From NCBI GenBank assembly GCA_900128585.1, contig LT642173.1, positions 1 to 44,647 on the forward strand: a stretch of DNA of 44,647 bases, written 5' to 3'. Positions 30,231 through 39,989 of this stretch are shown in pieces. Position 1 is the first letter of the stretch. The number at the start of each line of letters is the position of its first letter. A program made the position numbers and the translations under genes. The notes under the pieces are model-generated. The model was not told the DNA's origin. It saw only the letters and a program-made list of their open reading frames with translations, and made no database searches. Origin of the DNA: Stramenopiles sp. TOSAG23-3 (lineage: Eukaryota).

Positions 30231-31433
30231 ATGAGCAAACCCGGCGCTCTGGTCGCTGCCACCCCTACGGGTTCGAAGCTTCCGTTGCCGCATACTACTG
30301 CATCGCAGGACATTGTAAAATGGCCGTTGGGATTAGCGGCTGCGTGCATCGGTTCAGTGCTGTTTGTGCTTGGCATGCAATTGATGCACATTGGTGTCAG
30401 CAAGAAGCTACGGGCGGAAGCGGCCGAGGATCGGTTGCAACGCAAGTCGTTGGACCGCCTGTGGTGGATTGGTGTAATTACTCACGTTTTCGCGGCTGCC
30501 TGTATCGCCGCAGCTCTCAATTTTGCCGCGGTAAGCTTGGTGATGCCAATGGCAGCAATGACACTCGCGATAAACTCAATATGCGTCCCGATCTTGAATC
30601 AAAACGAGCGGTCGCAGCAGTCGACCGTCGAATGGTCCGCGGTGAAAGGATCCCTTATATGCCTCGTGGGCGCATTTTTCATGGTGTCCAGCGCCCAGAA
30701 GTTCAACACTGCGTTTTCCGCCGTGCATTTAGAGCAACTGTTCGAACAGTACGAGTTCGTTGCCTTTGAAATGATGTGCATCTTTTTTATTATGTTCATG
30801 TTGTATCTAGCGCGAACGCGGCCCCGGCGGCACCACGGAAGGCGAGCATTCCTGCTTATGTTCTTTTCACTGTCCGCAGGGTGGGCCGGCGCCCAACAGT
30901 ACCTGGGGTTCAAAGCGATGATGGAACTGTGGAAAGCGGAGCATCTCGGAAAGGGGCCTATGGTGTCGCGCACCTTCTTTGGCATACTGTTTTGCTGCCT
31001 GGTACTCCTGGCCCTGCAGCTGGTGCTCGTAAACACGGGCCTGAAAATGTTCAGTGGCGAAACGGTGCGATTTATTGGAGTGTACCAAGCGAGCCTACTC
31101 CTCATCGGCTCCGTCAGTGGCGGAATCTACTTCCAGGAATTTATACATTTTAACGAAATCGAGTGGATTTCATTCGGGGGTGGGATGGTTATGATGATCT
31201 GGGGCATTGGGGTAATAACACTGCTACGTGGGAAAAAGCAGGACGAGTACTTGAATACGAGCGAAGACCGCGAGAAAAGGTGTGGTGGATTGTTTGTGTA
31301 TTGGATATGTGGCCCGTATCGTGTTTTGTTCCGGGAAGACCCTGAGTTTATCCCGAAGCCACCAGCGTACGCCGACGACTTGCTGATGACGGCCGAGTTC
31401 GACAAAGTTTGGGGCCGAGACATAATGTGGTGA
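30231..31433 (+). CDS. NIPA-family (DMT superfamily) magnesium-transporter-like membrane protein
   Basis: About 9 hydrophobic segments; LWWIG, ALNFAAVSLVMPMAAMTLAIN, VNTGLKMF and SGGIYFQEF match NIPA signatures. Confidence 0.85.
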   Translation: MSKPGALVAATPTGSKLPLPHTTASQDIVKWPLGLAAACIGSVLFVLGMQLMHIGVSKKLRAEAAEDRLQRKSLDRLWWIGVITHVFAAACIAAALNFAAVSLVMPMAAMTLAINSICVPILNQNERSQQSTVEWSAVKGSLICLVGAFFMVSSAQKFNTAFSAVHLEQLFEQYEFVAFEMMCIFFIMFMLYLARTRPRRHHGRRAFLLMFFSLSAGWAGAQQYLGFKAMMELWKAEHLGKGPMVSRTFFGILFCCLVLLALQLVLVNTGLKMFSGETVRFIGVYQASLLLIGSVSGGIYFQEFIHFNEIEWISFGGGMVMMIWGIGVITLLRGKKQDEYLNTSEDREKRCGGLFVYWICGPYRVLFREDPEFIPKPPAYADDLLMTAEFDKVWGRDIMW

Positions 31434-31699
31434 CACGGTACCAATTGGCGCGAGCGGAAAGAGAAACCAGAGAAAAATTCGCGCGCGAGAAGAAATGTTC
31501 CCATAGCGGTTAATAGTAAAACCCACGCAGGTGTAGTAAAAAACATTAAATAATTTGTAAATTCTTCATCTCTGGCCTGGAAATCGCTGACCGGCTTAGC
31601 CATTTAGGTCGACCATTATTCCATAAAGATTAGTTTTTTTTCTTCATAAAAAGAGCAGTGCCCAAGAAAATAAGCCCCTTCTTTAGAACATTAAAACAC

Positions 31700-31855
31700 A
31701 CAAGAAAATTGGCTGTTATTTTATAGTAATTAAAACTTGTCTTTGCTCTTGTGGTTTTACTAAATCGATATATTGAAAAATAACAGCCAATTTTCTTGTT
31801 TTTACAATTATAATCAATAAACATACATGTAAATAACTGCCAGTATTTTGTTTTT
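31700..31855. repeat. Inverted-end element copy between the NIPA and F-box genes (+ 31700..31735; - 31776..31803; degenerate - 31831..31855)
   Basis: acaagaaaattggctgttattttatagtaattaaaa (differs from 6207..6243 by one A) ... aaaaataacagccaattttcttgttttt. Confidence 0.9.
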
Positions 31856-31889
31856 AATCATATCTTACCTCAAATGCTGCAGCCGCGCG

Positions 31890-33068
31890 TTACAGAATCG
31901 CACAGTTCGATGGTTTCTTTTTCACGGGACTATCTTTTCCCCACGAATAATTGTCTTCGTTTTCTTTGGACGTCAACCTCCGTAAATTGGTTTGCTCGGC
32001 ACTTTCGCTCAGCAAACGTTGAAGACTGGCGGGGTGTTTCACTAGGGACGCAAATAATCTCGACATTGCAAGCTGAACCCCATCGCCGTTTTTACTGCTG
32101 CATTCCGCATAAATGCAGCTACAGCCGTAAGTCTGGCGAACCATTTTTGCAGTTCGGAGCCCCCAAATCTCTGTTTCGAGGCGTTTGGCAGTCGAACGTT
32201 TGCAAACTTCTTCTGTGTCGCTTTTCATCCCAACCAACATCACAGCCAAGTCTTTCCTGTGCAATGACATGCTTAGAATAATCCATTGTTGTACATCGGA
32301 TGGGCTTTCGTCCGACAGATCAAATGCTATTATTATCGCGTTGACGCCTTGGTGATACGAAACCATCTCATTATAACGATCGTACTTCGACTCCGCTATA
32401 TGACTCTTTCGAATCTTTGGCTCAAGAAAAAACACTTCCCAGAATGCTGTCCCCGTCGGATCCCTTCGTAGCTCGGGTGAGTTGAAATTGTCCTGAAAGC
32501 TAACATGCTTAACTTGCGTAGGGTCTAGTAATGCCCGGCAGGGGTCTTCGTAGTATTTTCCTTTCCGAAACCGGTTCAGAAACGCAGATTTTCCGACCCC
32601 GTCGCTCCCCAAGATAGCCATACGAATTATACCATTTGACAGCACACTGTTGGGGTTTGTTTTATAGCCAATATTTCTATACTTTCCATAATGGCGAAAG
32701 TATGCCTCGCGCCAGTCGTGGGAAAGATCGACGGAATCGTCCCAAGACTTAAAACCTGGCGTAACCCCCTTCTCTTTGACAACCTTGCGAAGGTAAAAGC
32801 CTCTCCATATAGGGCTTCCTTTGCTGACAACCACCCATCGGCGGGACACAGATGTCAAGGCTGCCATAACATCCTGGGACGTGGCGTATGACAAAATTTT
32901 CATCAATATGACGTCGTCTAATTTGCGAATGGGAGCTTCAGTAGGGTTCGGCTTATCCACCGAGTCTTGTGACGGGGGACTATCTGGGGAAGTGTACGGA
33001 ACTACATATTGTTGTTTGTTGTCGCCTTTCTTCGATCCCGACTTTCGCCGGTTTCTAGTGTTCTGCAT
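31890..33068 (-). CDS. F-box plus divergent Ras/Rab-like small GTPase fusion with C-terminal CAAX
   Basis: F-box LDDVILMKILSYA...LTSVSRRW...IWR; G1 GSDGVGKS; G4 VGMKSD; G5 ECSSK; ends in CAIL. Confidence 0.85.
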   Translation of the reverse strand: MQNTRNRRKSGSKKGDNKQQYVVPYTSPDSPPSQDSVDKPNPTEAPIRKLDDVILMKILSYATSQDVMAALTSVSRRWVVVSKGSPIWRGFYLRKVVKEKGVTPGFKSWDDSVDLSHDWREAYFRHYGKYRNIGYKTNPNSVLSNGIIRMAILGSDGVGKSAFLNRFRKGKYYEDPCRALLDPTQVKHVSFQDNFNSPELRRDPTGTAFWEVFFLEPKIRKSHIAESKYDRYNEMVSYHQGVNAIIIAFDLSDESPSDVQQWIILSMSLHRKDLAVMLVGMKSDTEEVCKRSTAKRLETEIWGLRTAKMVRQTYGCSCIYAECSSKNGDGVQLAMSRLFASLVKHPASLQRLLSESAEQTNLRRLTSKENEDNYSWGKDSPVKKKPSNCAIL

Positions 33069-33919
33069 GAATGCAAACTTCGTACTGGCACCACTAGTTG
33101 AACCAAAGACGCTTCAGAACAAAACTAATATTCCCACCTTTTGGACGCGCCCACTGAATTTCGAATCAGCCCAAGTGCATAATCCAATTATTCCCGGGGA
33201 CTTCGTTAGTTGCCACCTTACCTTGGGTACGGAAGAATGAAGTGAGAAGTTAGAAGAATAAGAGAGAATACAACATTATTATTTAATAATAATAATAAAA
33301 AAATAATAATTAAAAAACTGCTCGATTGCCCTCTTTTTAATGCTGTGTTTATGTATATTAATAGAACATAATGTATTATTATATAATCTCCGGGAAGAAG
33401 AAGAAGAGAACGAATAAATATAAAAAATAATAAAATAGACACCACATCATCATCATCAGAGCATTGGATCAAGAGAGTAAGTAACAAAAAACCCACAAAC
33501 AACAAAAAACAAAAGGAAGAAAGCATTAGTCTTCTTCTATATATAATAATATATTATTATTTATTATTAAATAATAATAATAAAAAAAAGCCAACAAACA
33601 ACAACAACCACAACCGAACCGAACCGAACCGATTGGCAAAGGCAAACAACCCTTGCTTCCTCCTTTTATATTAATATTGTGGCCGGCCTGCCCTTTTTGT
33701 TGTTGTTGGGACATCCTCTCTCCGTCCATCCTTCTCGTTTATTCTTCTGGATTAATATAAGAACTCTATCATATAATCGATAAAAAAAGAACTTGGCGTC
33801 TGGTTTAGTAAGTAATAGTGATACACATGAACCAGACGGAACCCTGGCTAAGCAAAAAAAGACGCTGGAGCCTGCCGACACTAAACTACGCCCCCCCTGA
33901 GTTTTGATCAGGGTGTGCA

Positions 33920-36283
33920 ATGGCGGCACGGCTGAACCGCGCAGTGGACTATTTTTTGGTCGTAGAGTACGACAAACACAACAGGCAGGATGACCCAAAG
34001 ATAGCGACCCAATACCCAGACATTGACCGCCCAGACTTCCCAGTGGACTTGCAGTGGGCCAATTTCGCACTGCCATACGTGAAAATAGATGGATGCAAGA
34101 GCAGCATTGGCGCGTCCTTACACACGTTTGTCTTGACAAACACGTCGGGCAGTTATAGCTACGGAACGTGCATTTCCTTCCACGACGACCCCAGGGGAAA
34201 AAACCGGTACATAAAGTCCCTTTGCATCATCTCGCACCACGATTTTTTGACAGGCATTTTCAAGGAGTTTCTGCTAGAGCTTGAGACGCTCAACACGTTC
34301 CGAGTTCTACCCGTGCCGATCGAGCGTATAATTCAATGTTTTGTGCTCGACACCCCCGTTCCAGAGCCAGGGCAAACGTTGCGCCTCTTGTTTGGAGAGT
34401 CAACAGAAGAATGGGTTTCTTGCTTTCGGCCGTTGTGGTACCACCACCCCCGTTCTGATTGTCTCCCAACATTACTAGACGCAAACATCGAAGTTCTGTT
34501 TCGGCTGCTAAGCACGGACAACATTTTGCTGCTGGTAAGCGTCATGCTGTTGGAGGGGAAAATACTTTTGCATTCGACAAATGAGGGCCAAGTTGTGCCT
34601 GCCGCAGAAGCGCTGTGCGCTCTGCTGTTCCCTTTCACATGGGCAGGCGTGTACGTCCCGTTGCTCCCCGGCGGCTCCGCCTACCTTTCGATGCTAGCAG
34701 AAGGCATCCCGGTCCCTTTTCTGTTTGGCATCCACACAAGTGCATGGGAAATTGTGAAAGAAAAAAACGTCGATGTCATCGAAAGTGTATACATCGTAGA
34801 CCTGGACAACGGCGTGGTGCAAGAACCAGCAGACGTTTCGAAGCAGACTGCAGCGCGCCTTCCATCGTCCTATTTTGTTCAAACTAAACAAAACATCGAG
34901 CATGTTGTTCCACTGAACGTTAGTGGAAAAATGAATAAAAAGAAGAAATATAGCAGCTCTTTCTCGCACATGTCTTCCCATGAACTCTCGTGGCGGAAAA
35001 TATCCGGGCAAACCAGCGACAGCGAAAAAATTCCACCCAGCAAAAAGCGTGGGGCGTTGTTGTGGAAACGAGTGTCCAACAAAAAGTCTTTAAAGAAGAT
35101 TCTCTCTCCGGTACACCGTCAAAAACGCAAGGGCCGACGCATGTCCATACAAGACGCGACGACGGCCACGGCTCGTGGGCAGCGCAAAATTTTAGGCAAC
35201 AACTACGGGGGTCATAAACGGAGATCCTTCGAAGAAGCGTTGAAACAGGTCATGGGCATGTGGATCAGTAAAGTAGACTGTAGCGGGAAAGTTACTTCTC
35301 GGGAACCATCGAGCAGTCTGGGAGATGGTGCCGGGCACGTGGAGATCGTGTCGCCTGTTTTGGAATGGGTAGATTTGGTACGCTGCGCTGTCCTTGAAAT
35401 GTTTTTGAAAATATTTTTGCATCATCCCCAGATTAAAGCTGCTAATGGGGCCGGTACGGCGGCATTCATCAAGTGGTCTCCCTCACCGCACCAACCGTTC
35501 CTCGAAGCCCTCGTTGAAACAAACGGGTGGCATGTTTTTCTGGGGAATAACGACCATTCCTTCCAGAACATTTTACAAGTTTACAAAGAAACCGGGGTCG
35601 GAAAATCAAGCGTTCCACTCTTGGGACCTCGAACCTCGGATCATCCAACGAGCGAGGAGTTTTGCTCATCAAAATGGTGGACGCCGTTCCTGAGAGGAAA
35701 GGGGGGCTCAGGCCGGCACTCGGGCCAGACGATAACGGTCAGTGGAAGTATTCCTAGTTCTGTGGGACTGAGCGGTAGCTCGTATGTTTACTCCAGCAAT
35801 ACTTTCCCAACTTTTGATTCTAAATTGTGCGTGTATCGTCCCAAGGCAAGCCTATTTTCTAAACTGAGAAAACGAAGGGGTGGCCGACGCCCTAGTATGC
35901 ACGCTGTTGCGCAAACGGTGAGGCTTATGATGAAAACCCGCCCGGTGTTTGCGACCTCTAGAAAGGCGGACGAAGCGGCTCCTGATCCATCGGATGTAAA
36001 CGTCGGGGCAAAAGGTGGGACTCTCACCATGGACGAGCTGCTGCAGCGGAAAGGCTACTCGACGGGAAGGTATGATTCTTTTATTCGCAACGCAGACTTG
36101 AAAAGTGCCGTGAAAATGATGATGGTTTCGTCGGGGTACAACGCAAACAGCCCGTGCAGGTCAGGCAGGTACAACAAAGACATATCTTCCCCGTCCGAGT
36201 TTATCGAAGGGGACAACCAGCCCGACCCTGTCCGGCGCCTTGTCGATGAACTCTACCGAGTTCGCAACGAACAAAAGTCGTAG
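33920..36283 (+). CDS. DENN-domain protein (uDENN-cDENN-dDENN), putative Rab GEF
   Basis: VDYFLVV, HTFVLTNTSGSYSYGTC, KSLCIISH, MLLEGKILLHS, LLFPFTWAGVYVPLLP, PVPFLFGIH, IVDLD. Confidence 0.92.
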   Translation: MAARLNRAVDYFLVVEYDKHNRQDDPKIATQYPDIDRPDFPVDLQWANFALPYVKIDGCKSSIGASLHTFVLTNTSGSYSYGTCISFHDDPRGKNRYIKSLCIISHHDFLTGIFKEFLLELETLNTFRVLPVPIERIIQCFVLDTPVPEPGQTLRLLFGESTEEWVSCFRPLWYHHPRSDCLPTLLDANIEVLFRLLSTDNILLLVSVMLLEGKILLHSTNEGQVVPAAEALCALLFPFTWAGVYVPLLPGGSAYLSMLAEGIPVPFLFGIHTSAWEIVKEKNVDVIESVYIVDLDNGVVQEPADVSKQTAARLPSSYFVQTKQNIEHVVPLNVSGKMNKKKKYSSSFSHMSSHELSWRKISGQTSDSEKIPPSKKRGALLWKRVSNKKSLKKILSPVHRQKRKGRRMSIQDATTATARGQRKILGNNYGGHKRRSFEEALKQVMGMWISKVDCSGKVTSREPSSSLGDGAGHVEIVSPVLEWVDLVRCAVLEMFLKIFLHHPQIKAANGAGTAAFIKWSPSPHQPFLEALVETNGWHVFLGNNDHSFQNILQVYKETGVGKSSVPLLGPRTSDHPTSEEFCSSKWWTPFLRGKGGSGRHSGQTITVSGSIPSSVGLSGSSYVYSSNTFPTFDSKLCVYRPKASLFSKLRKRRGGRRPSMHAVAQTVRLMMKTRPVFATSRKADEAAPDPSDVNVGAKGGTLTMDELLQRKGYSTGRYDSFIRNADLKSAVKMMMVSSGYNANSPCRSGRYNKDISSPSEFIEGDNQPDPVRRLVDELYRVRNEQKS

Positions 36284-36371
36284 CGTGGAGACGGCCGAAG
36301 CTGGGCAATTTCGTAGTTTAAATCGTAATATGCAAAGCGTAAAAAACAATAATTATATAGTAAACATATGT

Positions 36372-36487
36372 TATGTTTTAAGACTCTCATTTTAAATCAA
36401 TTACTATTTCAATTCCAACCCTGGTGTAAAGCGTTAATATTGCAATTCTTATAATATTTTATTCAGCACGAGAGTCTTAAAAACATA
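36372..36487. repeat. 17/18-nt inverted repeat at a convergent junction, plus direct repeat ttttattcagcac (36457..36469, 36503..36515)
   Basis: tatgttttaagactctc (36372..36388) versus gagagtcttaaaaacata (36470..36487). Confidence 0.7.
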
Positions 36488-36558
36488 CTATATCATTAGT
36501 TTTTTTATTCAGCACAAAAGTCCAGAGAAACGGCTTCTCGGAAGACGCTGTTTGCTCG

Positions 36559-37059
36559 CTACTCAGTCGGCATTCCTCCTCCGTAGCCAAGGCAGTTTGG
36601 CCGTGGTTTCTTCTTAATGACATTATTTGGCGACCTTCCAGCACAGCACATCAGCCATATACTTTTGGCCTCGTCCTTCGGGTTGTCTTCCTCTGCTTTT
36701 CGAGACAGGTTTGTAAATGCTATGGACGCTTTGTCTTCTAACGGGGAACTAAAACCTTTCAACGGCGTGCCAGTAGGGGTGGCACTCGTTTTCAGGTCTG
36801 ACGTGGCTACGTCCTCGTCAAGTTCCATATCAGTGTCTGTTGTGCCAGAAGAAATGCTAGCGTCTGGTTTATTAAAAATTTTCTGTTGCATATCGTGCGC
36901 TAATCGAGAGTGTGAGTCCAAGACTTCCTCAAAAGGGTCGCCAATATCCATATCATCTTGGAAGTCATCCTGCACGTCGCCTAGCTGTTGGCCAAAATCA
37001 GGCATCAAGAAGTCCAGGTCGTCCTCAAGGTCTTGACTACTTTTCACTATCTCCGTCAT
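36559..37059 (-). CDS. Hypothetical acidic protein, 166 aa; may have upstream exons
   Basis: ATG-initiated ORF with coding-like composition, bounded by an AT-rich 3' spacer; no recognisable domain. Confidence 0.6.
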   Translation of the reverse strand: MTEIVKSSQDLEDDLDFLMPDFGQQLGDVQDDFQDDMDIGDPFEEVLDSHSRLAHDMQQKIFNKPDASISSGTTDTDMELDEDVATSDLKTSATPTGTPLKGFSSPLEDKASIAFTNLSRKAEEDNPKDEAKSIWLMCCAGRSPNNVIKKKPRPNCLGYGGGMPTE

Positions 37060-38955
37060 GGTATTAAACTATTTCGTACTCCGTACAATCGTTGGCACTG
37101 TGTACAAACTGTGTTTCCTAACAGCTTGCGATGAGTCCTATAAGTTTATGCGTGACATAGACCAATTACGATCCACCGTTACTTTCAAACTGCAGAAAAG
37201 TGGGAAAGCCTTGAATCTGTTTTTTTTCAATTATTTGTATTATTTATTGTTGAAATTGTATTGCATGCCGTCGTCGCTCGGTAGGTTTGTCGGTCGTGGC
37301 AGGCAGCTAGTAGACTTGCAGCATTTATTCTTCTTGCTGTGTTTATGTGGTGGCCTCATCAGAAGAGCAGGTGATTTCCTGCTTTTTTCGAGATGCCCCT
37401 CCCTTCCTGCATTTCTCGCTAATGTTAAATTGTACAATGATCCTTTTCATCAGTACGGTTATTTTGCCTGTACCTACCGGTAGGTAATGGATGGAATTAG
37501 TATGCATGGAAAATTGAGGAGTTGTTGCCGCTGCATGCATTTCAACAATTGCAGGTAGCAGAGAATCGGAACCGACAGAAACACACCGTTTAGCAGGGGC
37601 AAGAATCCACCAACGCAACGCTCAGAGAGAGAAATACTTTAGCTACAGTAAGCTCTAGTCAATAAGAAAGATTTCCTTCTTCCAACAAAGTGCAACTATC
37701 AACATTTAATTAAACAAAAAAAGAAAAACCAAGAAAGAACCCTCCCCATCCATCGTAAACAACAACAAGGCGAATGAATAGAAATATTTCATAGAAGTAA
37801 GTATTTATGTAAATACTGTACCTTGTTGACACAGACTAATTGAGGGAATGATGGGTTTTATTTTATTCGAGTATGAGAATATGTGCTGTGTACCTGTTAG
37901 AGTGACGAAATTTTAATTAAGGCCACGTGCTTGTGATGAATTATTATTCTTTCAGTAATACTTAATATAATTAATGTAATAAAATATGAAAATAGTGACT
38001 CATTATTGTCAATTACAAATATAACCTTAACTAAAAATGAACCTTTTTCTTAAAATTCAAATTTTTTACCAACAACATAATTCAGTCTTATTTGTACTGT
38101 AATATCCAAAAACTAACAACAAAATCATCGTTATTTTTTCATCGAGTCCTCATCGATTCCTTCGTTATTTTTATATTAAACGAAGGATTAAACGGTTTTC
38201 ATAGGTATTAATCTTATAGTCTATATTATTTAATAAGTACAAATCTCAAATTAAAAAAAATGGCGGGGGGGTTCTCCTTTGCTTTGGTCGTTATTCTAAT
38301 TATTATATTACATTGAAATAGCAATGAAATAGATTCAAATTTGTTTGTTCTTCTTTTTTCTTTTTTTCTTCCTATGCAACAAATATTTAACACTGACATA
38401 CCATTTGATTCGATCCCTTGACTGAAGTTTTTTGGTAGTTTTTCTTCTTTTTTGTTGCTCATTTTAACTTAAATAGAAGAAATTGGAGAAGATTAAATTG
38501 AAACAAAGGTGAAATAGCATCTAATTCATTATCAATTACAATTTATTATTGTATACAAACAGAGCATTAAAATCCTCACTCCCTCCTCCCCTACAACCCA
38601 TCCTTTTCTACTAGCAATAGTTACAACAATATATTAGTATCATAATAAGATTGAGTAAATCAATTATATAAAACATCATTTTTAAAAATACTACTTCGAT
38701 TGTCAATCAGATTTTGTTGATATGGAAATAGCAGCTTCTTCGTAGTTTAAAATTCTTCTTCCATCATCCTTTTTAAACAACCAGAATCAATCTTTCTGGT
38801 GATTCATAGGAAGTGAAAGCCGTGATCTAACGAAGCGGTCTTTGTTCCCTTGCGAAAAGAGAAGAGAAATCTTTCTTGGAAGAAATGTACATCCCAAATT
38901 TCAAGCAAAGAAAATATTTAAACCAACAACAAAACTTTCTAATTCACAAATAACT

Positions 38956-39651
38956 ATGGTAAGTTAACGCGCGACTTTTCATGCACCAAACACCGTTTCG
39001 AAGCCACCGTTCGCTGGGCGCATCAACGACGGGAGGGTGAACACACTCTCCCGATCCTCTCCGTCCTTGAACGCCCTGTTCATCCCCTCCCCACCCCCCC
39101 CTCCCCCCTTCCTTAGCAATCGTGTACAACGAACCATTTCTAACAAATTATTCCCTCTCAATATCTGCGTTGTGCGACACAACAATTCCTTGATCGTCTT
39201 CATAAATTCTTTTCGTTGATCTTGTGAATCGTCTATTGCTATTCAGTCCGGAAAAGGAGGAAAAGGAGGAAAAGGTGGCAAGGGTGGTAAAGCAGCCCAA
39301 GCCAAGAAACAATCGCAGACCCGCTCGTCTCGCGCTGGTCTTCAATTCCCAGTTGGCCGTGTTCACCGTTACTTGAAACAGCGTGTGGCCAAGAAGCAAC
39401 GCGTTGGCGCCACCTCGGCCGTCTACACCGCCGCCATCTTGGAGTACCTCACCGCTGAAGTTCTTGAACTGGCCGGTAACGCATCCAAAGACCTTAAAGT
39501 GAAACGCATCACTCCCCGCCACTTGCAACTTGCGATCCGTGGTGACGAAGAATTGGACACCCTTATCAAAGCCACCATCGCTGGTGGAGGTGTTATCCCA
39601 CACATTCACAAATCGCTTATCAACAAGAACTCAAAGAAAGGACGCAAGTAA
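38956..39651 (+). CDS. H2A.Z: Histone variant H2A.Z, 135 aa; join(38956..38958, 39247..39651)
   Basis: [93 protein letters not shown]|gtaagt donor at 38959 and ttcag| acceptor at 39246 give in-frame [16 protein letters not shown]. Confidence 0.96.
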
Positions 39652-39989
39652 GCGAACCGCCGTTCGAGTTTATCAGCTACCACTAAATTCAGGCAAAGCG
39701 ACCTTGTTGCCATGAGAGCTCCGTGAAAAACGTCTAATGTCGAAGGAGCGCGATCAGCAAGAGTGGAATTATTTAATCAAGCGTAGTAATTGAATTTTAT
39801 GCTTGTAATACTATTCTACCAAGTTTATAGTGACTTACCCACTCTCTCCCAAAACACAATATAATATTTAGATGCCCCTTTGCTGAAAGCCCTCTAAGTG
39901 GGTGTGTCACGTTCAATAATTTAGATTGTACGTATGATATAGATTAGCACACTTCAAAAACTTGAGCGGAACATTCCGAAGAGTCACCG

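Noticed and set aside
3305-31855. CRISPR-like interpretation of the recurring ~35-nt motif
   Set aside because: Copies are dispersed, in both orientations and not regularly spaced; the context is eukaryotic and there are no cas genes.
37058-37618. ORFs 37058..37483, 37240..37437 and 37343..37618
   Set aside because: No recognisable domains, and I could not build a convincing spliced model joining them to 36559..37059.
39652-39800. Histone 3' stem-loop downstream of H2A.Z
   Set aside because: No canonical stem-loop seen, consistent with a polyadenylated replacement variant. The main 3' motif is also absent at this junction.
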